Part shown: piece after piece, positions 23,405-35,768 of the stretch
How the letters are laid out: every line of letters starts with the position of its first letter
How positions within the stretch are numbered: the stretch's first letter is position 1
From: Antedon mediterranea
Lineage: Eukaryota; Animalia; Echinodermata
Direction of reading: 5' to 3'
Length of the DNA stretch: 64,000 nt
Assembly (NCBI RefSeq): GCF_964355755.1
Contig: NC_092676.1
Location: 15,766,871 to 15,830,870, forward strand
Notes under the pieces: model-generated
The model's input: the letters and a program-made list of their open reading frames with translations, nothing else
What the model was told of the DNA's origin: nothing
Databases searched by the model: none
Translations under genes and position numbers: made by a program

Positions 23405-24068
23405 TATATAATGGTCGCTAATTGGAGGTGTCTGTTAGTAAAATGATCTTTAATTGAAAGAGGACCAGTATAGTAGTCACCCCTACCAATTAATAAAATG
23501 GTCGCTAATCAAAGGTGTTTTAAGTAAAGTAGGCCTAGTCTTTAATTGGAAAAGGACCAGTACTTAATTACTTGTTTTTGTCACAAAATTAAAACTATGC
23601 ATTCTTCTTGTCTTTATTCATACTAAATAATATAATGGTCGCTAATTGGAGGTGTCTTTAAGTAAAGTGATATATAAATGGAAGATGACCAGTACAGTTA
23701 CCTAATTTTGTCACATAATTAAAACTATGTATTCTTCTTGTCTTTACTCCTACCAATTGATATAATGGTCGCTAATTTGAGGTATCTATAAGTAAAGTGA
23801 TCTTTAATTGGAAGAGGACCAGTACAGTTACTTAATGTTGTCACATAATTAAAACTATTTATTATTCTTGTCTTTACTCTTACCAAATAATAAATGGTCG
23901 CTAATTAGAGGTGTTTTAGGTAAAGTGATTTTTAATTGGAAGAGTACCACTTCATTTACTTGTTTTTGTCACATAATTAAAAATTATTTATTCTTCTTGT
24001 CTTTACTCTTACCAAATAATAAATGGTCGCTAATTAGAGGTGTTTTAGTCAAAGTGATCTTTAATTAG
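23405..24068. repeat. Tandem repeat, about 100-130-bp diverged unit, about 6 copies
   Basis: The anchor aatggtcgctaat recurs at about 23410, 23497, 23634, 23764, 23893 and 24022, each followed by aagtgatctttaattggaagaggaccag-like sequence. Confidence 0.9.
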
Positions 24069-25031
24069 AAAAAATAACTAGTTTGGCATCATTTAGTATT
24101 ATTGGTCGTTAAAAAAAGACAAGTGCATGCAAATCACAAACACCTATCATAAAACGGCCGGGTTCTTACATAACCGCTAATATTTCCACGTACAGTTTTT
24201 AATAGTGGACGCATTTCAATCCATGGGTCAGACATTATTAAACGGGCCGACGCCTATTTATATTCAGCTCTTGCACCTAAATATCCTATTTTAGTATATA
24301 ATTTCATGTTTCATTAGGCATATGCCATAGAAATTTTTTTTTTAAATGCCAAAAAAAAAAGAATATTTCAGAATATGAATGATTTGTGGTAACGATACAT
24401 TTTTTACGCTTTAATTCATGTGTGATAGATGTCACATGTTTCGTCACACCATGATACCGCCACACTACTTATACGATCATTTGTCACGTAGTCACATGTG
24501 ATGCACATGTTATAGTGTTTGCCTAGATACAGGAGTTGAAAATCAGTTGCACATTTAAGGATAAATTGGTTAATGCAACGGTCATTTACAGATGAGTGAT
24601 ATTTAAGGGTGTACTGACGAAAACCGAGGAAAGAATCAGAGATTAAATTTGTGTGCATTCGCCTTCGGTAAGGTGGAAATTGTTATTACATTATAGCCTA
24701 GGCTAGGCCTTAACACTAGCCAGACCACCAGCACACAGCCGCAATTCTGTCGGCGGCGCGGGACGGTCTGGCTGCGTGTGGCAGGCTGGCTTACATTCGA
24801 AGCTGCTTGCTGTGTATATACTGTTTGTGTGACACATCCGGGATAATCTATTTGTGACCTCGGTAATTTAAATACGACCCAACTTCCGCTGGAGTGAAAA
24901 CATTGAACACTGCATACTCTCGCGCGCTTCCTCCGCTGTCGCAGGTGGTGTGGGAGGTGTGCGAGGAGTGAAATTGAAAATGAGCATTCACAAATGTCAG
25001 TAGTCCGTAGTATTTTAATTTTAAATCTAAA

Positions 25032-25863
25032 ATGTCTGGCAATTGTGAAGCAGTAGGTTGTACAAATCATACACTTATGGAAAATAAACCATCGATTTCC
25101 TAAAGACCATGAACGTAGAAAGAAGTGGATAAATTCACTACTACTACAAGAATTGAATGGTGATGGTTCAGAATGGACACCATCACTGCTAGGATATGTG
25201 GAGAACATGCGATTAATGGTAGGTCTAATGTAGTAGGCTAGAATAGAAATTAAAATTTATTTTCATTTTGCTGAATACTGTTACTGTACAGAAATACTGT
25301 AATATAAATATACTACTTAAAAAAAAAAAAGGGGGTCCATGTTTGTTAAACTGAGTGTAGGCCTAATAGGCCTATATATTAACTGACTTCGCCCATTTTC
25401 ATTTGCAAATGATATCTGGTCATACAGCGAATACAGTTTGTAGATGAGAGGGTACTTTCTTACACAGAGTTACAGCTGGATGGTTAGACAGGCATCCATA
25501 ATTAATACTGTGTACAGTACATGGGATCTAGGCTTGTTGGAGTGTACCAACAAAACCTTTGATTTAGAGATAATATGTGTGACCTATTTTCTGTATAGCC
25601 TAGCATCAAAAGAAAAAAAATTAAATGACACACCACACCCAAAGTAGACATTACCATTTTTATTATCTAATTATTCAGGTAAGCCAAATCATGCTGACCC
25701 TGCACATCCAGATTATACACCATCTGTGTTTAGGCACACGACTGCAAGAAATGGTAAAAGCAAAATGAGCAGGTACAACAGTGATGTAAAAAGACTGAAA
25801 TTGAGTTCACCACACAATACTCTAGTAGAGTGTCCAAGCATAGACAATGAGCCTTCCACTTGA
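25032..25863 (+). pseudogene. Frameshifted THAP-domain gene remnant (probably transposon-derived)
   Basis: MSGNCEAVGCTN..(fs)HRFPKDHERRKKWI..EWTPS(fs)ARICGEH..NG | intron 25219-25678 | KPNHADPAHPDYTPSVF. This is the C2CH THAP signature with FP, W and the AVPTIF-like box, disrupted by two frameshifts and an early stop. Confidence 0.8.
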
Positions 25864-26767
25864 GAAGAAACTCTAAATAGTGGTCTACTTCCAGCAGCAG
25901 AGGCTCTCTTAAACCTTTCTTCTGTAATGCCTGCGGATTACCATGCCAACAATCCTGCAGCTTTCGACACAAATGTCTAAGTGAGAAAGCCATGATGTAT
26001 GATAAGATGAACACTGTGTGATGCAACATACACGTGTACTGTGCATTCTGGGTGTGATTAAAACAAATTTAATCTTATATAATAGTACTTTTGAAGGATG
26101 GTATTGTGTATATTATGATATGAATAAAAAATAAATCCATTTAGCAAGATAGTACTTTCAAATGAAATATGTAAGATTTTTTCAAGTGTATGCAAATAAT
26201 AGCATATATTTATTTTATTTTTAAAATACTGTATATCTGATTACTTTTTATTTGCAAATACAGTATATACAAGTTGAAATAAAAATTTCATTGATCTTTA
26301 TGTGTCGACAACAATTTGTTTAAGAGTAACTGTAGGCCTATTATTATTTTATAAATCCATTATTTAATTTATCAAAAACATAACTTGACCAGAATCTATG
26401 ATTTTTAAAGCCTACAATCACAATCAGTGCCTGGTTACCATTTACTAATATTAGTAAACGATCAATTCATGTACATGGTAATAGCCATAGCCATAATGGT
26501 ATGATTATTAATGCCATTTTCCCCCTATTCATACCTTTCAAACGAGGGGTTATACAGTTATGTGCAATTAATAACTTATTAATATTGTTTAAAGGTTTGC
26601 ATCGTGAAGAAATGTATTGTATTGTAGCGAAACATAAATTACTTTCACTAACTATTTATTGTCCTAATTAAAGTTCATTTTTATTTATTCTGTGTTTTTA
26701 GATTTAAAAAAAGTTAAAACTTGTTCAGTCATCTATTTTTAAAAGTTATAGAGCATCAAAACTAGAA

Positions 26768-29700
26768 ATGAGCCGCAAAAGGTAAATGTGTTTGTTAATA
26801 GTTGTTTGTTAATAATTTTCATGAAAATCTATTGATTAAAATCTTATCTCCATTCAAAAAATACAAAGACTATTAAACTGAAAAATCAAAATGCATGAAA
26901 ATATTCTCCTCATTCAACTCATTATTTGTATGTACTGTAACATTGTGGAGTTCTAATCAATGATTCGACTCTATATTAATATGTTCATTCCTACTGTCCT
27001 ATTTTCCTTGTTGAATAGAAAAGTCAATCTTTTTTCAATCCCCATTCATAAACATTGATCATTTGTATAGTATTGCATTAGTCCTTTGGGACAATCTGCT
27101 GATTGTTAAAATTGCTATATACTGTATACAACATTAACATTACTAATAATGAATTTATATATCGTGATATCCTTTAGTAGTCTAACTCTTGTGACTGTCA
27201 CATGATGCAGTTTTATAACAAAATTAATTTTATATTAAAACATTTACATCTAGAAAGTACAATACTTTAAATGATGAGGTTAAAGAAATATTGATGTCTT
27301 ACTGGGAGCGAGGAATGGACAGTTATGGCTGCGAAGGAAAGAGAAAACTGATAGCTGATGCAGCCATAGAATGCGGTATAACCCAAAATCAGGTGAAGGT
27401 AATATCATTGATTTACATTTTAATTTAAATTGACAGCTTATTTTAAACACACACAATTGTGATTGATAAAATACATGTTTTTTATTTAGTAAATTAATTC
27501 ATTTTCATTCATTTCATGGTTAATTAAAAAATTGCAATAATAAGAAAAAAATGACATACACAAATATACAACAAAAACAATACATAAAAAAGTACCCTGG
27601 AAACATAAAAGATATAAATAAATATAAAAAGGGGTAACCAAGAAAAAGGATGACCAAACGGTCGTTTATTATTAAAGGACATTGTTGACAAATCTTTCTG
27701 TGCAAAACTTAAATTGTGACTTATTGCTGAAGCGTAAAATGTGTTTCTATAATTTCTAGGATTGGGTTGGAAATAACAGGAAAAAGGTAACAGGAAAGAA
27801 ATATCAAAGAAGTGAAACCATCAAGAAAAAGACCCCCTCTGGCTATAATCTTTTTTTTAAAGACTATTATGTTGAAGGTACAGTATTTTTTATTTGTATT
27901 GTTTAATAACCATCCTCATTCATTGTTGAGAGAACATCAGACTGTCATGGACTGGTTTCAGTTGACATGCATTGACTTTGACATTGAGTGAGAGGAACCA
28001 GCAATTTATGTGCTTCATATACAGTATATATGTATTTTTACATTTTTTTCTCATATTAATTTATCAACATTCGAATAGACAAATAAAAAATAAATTGTTA
28101 GGTGCTCTTCTGTCCGATCAGGATCCTCCTGGGTAGGATCGCTTATGTCTCTGATTGGATCATACTGCATAACCGCATCTGATGATTGTTGATATCCTAT
28201 TGTTTTATTATTAAAATGTGTACATGTTTATGTTCATTCATCAGCACTGTCAGCATCAAACAAAATTCATTTTTTCCCTGTAGAATTAGCCAAAGGAAAC
28301 ACAAAAATCGATATTTTTAAAGGTGCTCCACATGTATGGAACCAATTGAAAGAAAGTGGTGAGGCTGAGAAGTACTTCAGTATGGCCAACAAGCTGGAAT
28401 TACCAGATGTTACTGAATTGTCTGAGGCACAGAAAAATAAACAAATAGATCTGATAATTAAAGAAGTAAACGTAAAGGTGAAGCTTTTGATTTAGCTATT
28501 TTGATTTATAAACTTCTAACAAATATGTCTGTTATGTAACATTTCAACCCATGAACAATTTAAAATTGTAATTTCTAAGAGTTCATAAATGTTTAGACCA
28601 GTGGAAAAAACTTACGCTAAGAGTTGCTGTCAGTTGTTATGTTGCTAAGATGACAGTTGAACTCCTTTGCAGCCACTGCATGGTTTTGCTGTATAGTCTA
28701 GGAGACCAGTTGTTAGGAGTTGATCATGTGACATGCTTTATAATTTATGAATTCTATATTATTACTAAATCAAAATTAGATGAAATTGTTTTAACATCGC
28801 ATTATTGTTGATGCTTTCAACGTTGTTTTACAGATTCAAAAGCTTTCTGACCTAGGCGTTGAATGTATCGCCACATTTGTAACTCCAATGAAGAGCATCG
28901 TAGAAGTAGGAACACAAGTTGGAAAACAATTTATAGAGCAAGACAACACTAACACAAAATTTGCAGCCTTTGTTCACTGTATGTATGAGTGTTTCTGCTG
29001 AAAAAACCCTTATTTTAGTCAATTATTATTATTATTAACATTCCAGCTGCCTAAATGACTGTGTGTGATTTTGGTTTAAAAACGAATAAGAAGTGAACCA
29101 AACTCCTTTTACCCTAATATTAAACAAATTTTTATTTAAATTTTAAGCAGCAAAATAATGGTTTTAACCATTATTTTGCTGCTTGAAATTTGCCCAGCGG
29201 TTTTTGATGCCAGGAAAATGGGTTTTTTTACTCGCAGAAAAGCAAACATGTAAATATTTAATAATTTATACATTTAAATGTAGTAATATCATAACTAATC
29301 ATTCACTTTTATTTTATTTAGTAACGGAAACTGGAGTATTGCCTGTAAACACTGTCAAAGAGGCCACAAACAAGAAACGGTTAAGAGCGGAAGTACAGAA
29401 GCTTTTTAACCGTAAATATTGTAAGTAAAATTAAAGTTAAAATTTAATAATTTGAGTTAGTTAGAACAGCTAAATATGAATAAACAAATTCTACAAAAAT
29501 GTCATCTAATCTGTATGTTTTTACCAAGTAAAGAACTTCAATGATATTTGTGGTGGATGGTGTTGAAATAAATAGAAAGTACATTGGTCACAAAATAAAA
29601 CACTTCTGGTTTTTTTTCAAAAAAAGCACTTCTAAGTTTTATAAAATATTCATATCAAATGCAGATCAGTCATGAGTAATAGGCTTAGAATATAATGTTT

Positions 29701-32700
29701 AATATTGTTTATATTGTTTTTGAATATTTTTATTTTTTAAGTTATTGGAGTTTGAAAACTAATTCTGTATTAAACCAACTATGGGTTATCGAGTTACATA
29801 ATTTCATAACCTTATATTTAGCCAGTCACTCTTCCCTGATATAACATAGTATTCATTTGGATTAGGAACTTTATTTAAACACGATTAATTTCCAATACAG
29901 AATAAATTAGATTACATAACGTCTAGTTTCTTTCTCAGGCTCAAAGCTAACTTGTTTGTTATTCATTTCCACTCAGAACAATTCCCATTATATAGTACAG
30001 TATTTTAAACAATTTTTGTTTTCACACCTAGTGAATTAGTTATTCATGACCACACCTACTGTCTGCTTTGTTTCTATTGGGTGGAAATTGTTTTGAGTGA
30101 CACCTGACTTCCTATCTACTGTATAGCTAGGAAATTTGAGTAAAATGTGTTCATTCAAATTAATTAACAGAAAATATAGAAACTTCATTATGATCTAAGA
30201 AGAAAGAAGAAAGGCAGTATATAAAAGAAAATGGAAAATGTTGTCAGAGAAAGCAATCAAAAAGAGATTCTATTGCATCTTGAAGGTTGCAAAAACTGAA
30301 ATGTTCCAGGTAGAAAATATGAGATGCCACAGAACTAAAAAGAGAATGATTGAGGAAGAAGAAAAAGATGGAGCCAAATATTCTATGCAAAGTCTTGGTA
30401 AAGTAGTTACGGCATGCAAACAAGAATTTGCCTCCGACTCCTTGTAAAGACCTCCAGTTTAAAGGAATATGAGTGTTATCAAAAGAATTTTGCAATGTTG
30501 AGCTTACCGGCATGAAATAATACTGGTAGTCATGGTATAGAAAGGAAAATGTGGACACTGTGTTGATGCTTATTTCGTCCAAATCACAAAGATGTTATGG
30601 ATAACGACAGATGGTTAGAAAAGGCATGTACCAAAGAGATTTCTACAGATGTCACTCAGAGAATGCCAAAATCTTTTTATCTATTGAGTCATCAGATAGA
30701 CCAGCATTTGTAAGCCTATCAAAGGACTTCTTGCATACGTTTCATGTTTTCAAATACCATGAAAATGTGAAGCTTCTTTTGCAAGTTGTTAAAACTGCAA
30801 CAACATATGAACACATTAGAACGAAATTTCGCAGTTGTATTGGATTGATAACTTGTGACCAATAGAATAAAGTTTGCATGCTACAGGGCTGTGATGGCTG
30901 TTGATCCAAATTCAATGACCTTTTCTACTTCTCAAACATGGAAAATCAGAAACACTGTTAGAATGTATTGATCTCTTTCAACAACAACAAGTTTATTTTG
31001 GTTTATACTAGCCTTTGTGAGACAACTACAGAGTACAGCATTTGAAGCACAAAATTAGCTGTTTTTCAAATTGATTTTTGCAGAAAACTTTTCTGTAATA
31101 CACCAGAATGAAATACAAAGCAGGAACTGGAATCATCTTTTCCATCTTCACTTGCTGTGTTCATGCTGGAGGTATGCAACTGTAAGCATGAAAATACTTT
31201 AATTTAGTTTTGAAGGAAGGTGAAATTACTGCAATATATATATTTTTACAGTGATGGGGTGGCAAAGCAGTTCAAACAAAAACCTTTTTTTTTAAATATA
31301 ACTCATTTTAAAAAGATTACAGTATTAGGGGATCAAATGGACATGGAATTTCTTTTTGCAACTTCACATGGAAAAGTTTTGGCAGTAACATAAGTGGTAT
31401 TGTGAAGAGCATGGCACATTAAAAGATAAAACTTTGCCATTTTGTGAATGTTGTAAAAGTAGTGAGTGAAATTGTGAAAGGCGTAAATGTTATCTACATC
31501 TACATTTCCAAGTGATTGGAAAAGACAGAACCAAGATAGATAGTTTTTTGGCAAATGTTAGGACACTAAAGACTATGAAGTTGTGACAACATAAGCAGTA
31601 GTAATAAAGGAACGATAAATGCACAGAAAGAAGATTTTTTTTTATCAACTATATAAAGGAAATAAGCAAGGAAATTGTTAACGCCCCATCTCTGTCCTTT
31701 CTGTTTTCTCTAAAGCTTTAGAAAGGGTAATCTACGATCGTACATTTTCATTTATCTCAAAACATAACATTCTTAACAAAAATCAATATGGCTTTAGAAA
31801 AGGTCACAACACACCCATGGCTCTCATTGACTTAACAAAAAAAATTGTTGACGCATTTGAAAGTGGTCATCTAGCCATCGGCGTTTTTATAGATTTGTCA
31901 AAGGCATTCGACACAATAGACCACAATATACTTTTATTTAAACTATCCCATTATGGAATCAGAGGGCCCGCATATGATCTTTTCAAAAGTTACCTTACCA
32001 ATCGTTTCCAATGTACCAAGTATTCTAATTCTGTCTCCAACTTCAACCCTGTTACTTGTGGTGTTCCCCAAGGCTCTCTTCTTGGCCCCCTCCTATTTAT
32101 TCTATATAGTAATGATATATATCTTTCTTCTTCAATTCTTAATTTTTTTCTATATGCTGACGACACCACTGTTTATTACTCTGACCCTGATGTTCAAACC
32201 TTATTTAATACTGTTAATACCAATCTGACCCTTATATCTCAATACTTTTCGGCTAACAAACTTTCTCTTAACCACAAAAAATGTAACTTCATCCTGTTTG
32301 GGACCCCTCAGAAAATTAAAAACATTGATACTGCAAACTATAACATTTCTATCAACAATCATGACATTCCCTCAGTCCAATCTGCTACATTTTTAGGAGT
32401 TCATCTTGACAGTCGACTTTCATGGAAAAATCACATCAATTTTGTTGAGAATAAAATTTCTTTGGCATCATCACTAGACTTTCTTCTTTTTTACCCCCTA
32501 ACATTCTTCGTATTCTTTACTGCTCCCTCATCCTGCCTTATCTTAACTATTGCAATATTGTCTGGTGCAACTCTTATCCTTCCAGTATTAAAAAACTTCA
32601 AACTCTTAAAAAAAAAGGCCATCAGGGTTATATCTGGCGCCCCACCCCTGTCTCATTCATCTCATCTTTTTTCAAAGCTCCATCTTCTCAAAGTCTCTGA

Positions 32701-34393
32701 TATCAATCTAACCCAACAAGGCTTGTTCATTTTTTCTTCTATTAATTCTAACCTTCCCAAACATCTCTGCTCCATGTTCACTCCAAATTCTTCAATTCAT
32801 TATCATCATACCCGTATTTGTTCAAAATTACATATTCCCACCCATAAAACCAACCACTTTCAACACAACATTAGGTATTCCGGACCCACTTTTTGAAACG
32901 ATCTGCCACTCCCCATCTTAAACTCTGTTTCTAGCAAATCATTTTTATCTAAACTTAAAAGTCACCTTATTTCCAAATATTAACTTTCCTCTGTGGTTTT
33001 TTTTTTTTTTTTAAATTTATTATTATTTTTTATTTTTATTTTCATTGTCTGTGTTTGTAATAGGTACGTCCTCCACAAGATGTGTTTTTCATCTTTCTGG
33101 GTTTGTACCTTCTTCTTTCGAAATTTTGTTTACATATATATTGTTCATTGAAAACTATTTTGTATATGAAAGGAGAAAATAAATGTTGCTTTGAATTGAA
33201 TTGAATTGAATGTTGCAATTGTTGATTACATTCCCAGAGACAAATCTGAATTTAACATTATTCATTTATACAAATTTGATAAAGGAGGGACACTTTTCAT
33301 TGTTGGTTTAGGATAATCAATATACAGTAGCTCAAGTACAGTAATATCTATAGTTCCTTCCAGCACCATTGATAGACAACTTCACGAGGCTATAGGATGA
33401 ATGTTTTTTTGTGGATAATCGATATATTGTAATTACAAACCATTGTATTGTAAATATTAAAACATTATGCTGACTGACACTAATTATCAGTAACCATTCA
33501 ATTTCATAATGTTACTTTTCTTTCATAGAATAACTTATTTTATTCTAATAAGACTGTCTGTGTTATTTATTTATATCTAGTAATAATTAAAATTTATAAT
33601 AAAAATGTTTGTTTTTTAAATTGTAGTTGAGGCAACTGGAAAAGCACATGTATCATACAAAGAGGTGGACTGTGGAAAGATCTATGTTTCAGGACTACCA
33701 GATGGTATTGTCTTCAACAGACCCTCTTCATATGGTGTTGCTGCTATGGAAAGAATAATAAATGAAAACAACATAACATTTGCATTAGGTATGAACATAT
33801 TGGTACAGTATATTAATATTATAGACACATAGAAAGTTACAAAAATGCTTTTATATTGGTACTGTGCATTCTATTCTATTTTATATCTTAATTACATTTT
33901 TGTAAGTTGAATGTTTTTAACCTTTAGGCTGCTTGTTCATGTTTTACACTATAATAAAAAAAATTACTGTGACTTTTGCATGAAATTTTGTATGTAATCT
34001 TATTTGATAGAGAAATGAAAATAGCACATTTTTTATTCTTCTAGGATTTAAAGGATTTAAGCGCAATACAAGTGAGTTGACCAATGACAAAGTGGTAGTT
34101 CAGATAATACATTGTTTGTGATTGGTCAAATTACTTGCACTGTGTTTACATCCTTTTATTGCATCTTAGTGCAAACCCACCTTAAGAAAATTATGTGAAA
34201 ATGTAGGCTTATGTTATGTTGACTAATTTAAGAAAAATCATTGACTTAAAACAAAGTTATGATGATTAATTGGATGATGATTTGCTAAACATGTTTGATA
34301 AATCTGACCGATGATATTTAATTATTTTTCATTTACTTAATTGTTTCAGTCACAGATGCTGAGCAAGAAGCCTCTGGGCCCAGTGACAGCTGA
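26768..34393 (+). CDS. Uncharacterised putative transcription factor: HDX-like homeodomain + HMG-box-like segment + TFII-I-like region with a single GTF2I-like repeat, 8 coding exons, 306 aa
   Basis: Exons 26768-26781, 27254-27398, 27760-27877, 28284-28477, 28834-28978, 29322-29420, 33627-33788, 34350-34393. All introns are GT-AG, phases are 2,0,1,0,1,1,1, and the total is 921 nt with no internal stop. Translation: MSRKRKYNTLNDEVKEILMSYWERGMDSYGCEGKRKLIADAAIECGITQNQVKDWVGNNRKK...KKTPSGYNLFFKDYYVEELAKGNTKIDIFKGAPHVWNQLKESGEAEKYFSMA...LSDLGVECIATFVTPMKSIVEVGTQVGKQFI...LRAEVQKLFNRKYFEATGKAHVSYKEVDCGKIYVSGLPDGIVFNRPSSYGVAAMERIINENNITFAL... Confidence 0.8.
30180..31620 (+). mobile_element. Highly degenerate DDD transposase remnant, Sola2-like, in intron 6 of the homeodomain-GTF2I gene
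   Basis: Fragments YHENVKLLL, LITCD..VCMLQGCDGC, QIDF/AENFSVIHQNEIQSRNWNH, FYSDGVAKQFKQK and WNFFFATSHGK, with many stops and frameshifts. The Sola2 assignment is from recalled motifs. Confidence 0.7.
31682..33210 (+). mobile_element. 5'-truncated LINE (CR1/L2-group reverse transcriptase) with 3'UTR and (GAATT)n tail
   Basis: [67 protein letters not shown]. Frameshifts near 32460 and 32610; ttgaattgaattgaattgaa tail at 33191-33210. Confidence 0.92.
34040..34185. mobile_element. Degenerate family-A MITE
   Basis: gagttgaccaatgacaa ... ttgtgattggtcaaattacttgc matches the internal inverted motifs of the 18100 and 61915 copies. Confidence 0.6.
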
Positions 34394-34904
34394 GAAGAAT
34401 ACAATTTAGAGATTGGAATCGAGTTTCTTTTGTTGGACGCATCTTGGTTATGAAATTACTTTATCTGTGACTCAACAGTTTTTTTCCATACTCGGTTTAC
34501 TTTCAAGACAAAATCATTGATCCATGCACAGGTGCATGCAACAAAAACACTTTTCAGAAGTCTAAAGTCAAGAAGCATAGGATTCAACACTAGGTGTGCA
34601 CCTCTTTGATGGAATAACCAATGAAACTATGAACTTTAAGTTCTGTATTTTGATCAGACTTTAATATGAATATTTAAGAGTAACTGTCATAGCTTTCAAA
34701 TTAAAACAGGGACACAAATCATGAATCATGAAAACTTTATTTCCTGTGGCCATGAATATCATCTTTATTATTAATTATTATTAATATTAACTCTAGCTTC
34801 ATTAGTTTATTAGGTTAACCATAAAGTTCTTTTTATAGTAACTAATAAAAGTAAATATGTCCGCACCCAATGAGATTGCCTCTTTGTAATGTGTTTAGGC
34901 GCTT

Positions 34905-35025
34905 TAACTCTGTCTACACTATCAAACTATATACCCAAATATGGTAGTGATATGACATCATTTCCATATATGGGCACATCACATTTTTTGTTGTCAAATA
35001 AAGTTTGATAGTGTAGACAGAGCTT
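34905..35025. mobile_element. MITE (family B)
   Basis: TIRs ctctgtctacactatcaaact / agtttgatagtgtagacagag; related copy at 20330-20452. Confidence 0.8.
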
Positions 35026-35399
35026 TAATGCATTTCTTCACAGACTTTTCCATTTCTTGATATACACACAGGAATATAACACTTTTAAACTATAGTTACA
35101 TGATTTAGATTAGTTTACCTACTGTATACATTAATTATAGATTAGTAACATTATTTATGGAGCGACAGTAGACTGTTTATCTTTACTCACTGCCTTGTAT
35201 GTGGATTCCATGCAACAAATAAGATGCCAACTTAAGTCGTTGTTATGTGTTCCTCCTCAAAGATGATTAGCTAAGAATAAAACATGCCAGATGATTTAAG
35301 TTTTTGTAACTTTGAAAAGTATTAATTCATGATTAAAGTAGTAAAGTACAGTATTAATGTAAAAGTTATGATTCTTTATTTCAGGTTCACTTATATTGT

Positions 35400-35768
35400 T
35401 ACTGTATTTATTTGAATAAATGCCCTGCTTTGAATAAACCCTTAAATAAATGCGCCCCTCCCCTATAGAACATCTTTTGGAATAATCGCCCCCCTCGAAT
35501 AAATGCCCTGGGGGTATATTTTTTCCTCAAATAAATTCCCCGCCACATGCATATACACACAATATTGTATTACAACACATTTCTATTGTAGATCTACAAA
35601 CAAGCATTTTTAATCCATTTTTACTGTATTTTTTAAAATATTAATTGTATTGCATTTTTTTTATATCTAGAGAGAAATTATTATACATGTTACAATATTA
35701 CACCCAAATATATAAATGCCTTCCCCGAACAATAAAATCCTGAGGCATTTATTTGAATAGATATGATA
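35400..35768. mobile_element. Probable Tc1/pogo-type MITE with internal (GAATAAATGCCC) repeats
   Basis: tactgtatttatttgaataaatgccc ... ggcatttatttgaatagatatgata; several internal aataaatgccc motifs. Confidence 0.55.

Noticed and set aside
23405-24068. CRISPR-like appearance of the recurring aatggtcgctaat motif
   Set aside because: The intervening sequences are homologous to each other, so this is a tandem repeat; the context is eukaryotic and there are no cas genes.
24636-25208. 190-aa minus-strand ORF
   Set aside because: It is antisense to the THAP remnant and GC-rich promoter, with no recognisable domain.
31817-32896. 359-aa ORF as a functional reverse transcriptase gene
   Set aside because: It is 5'-truncated, lacks an endonuclease domain and drifts out of frame between about 32460 and 32610; it is a dead LINE copy.
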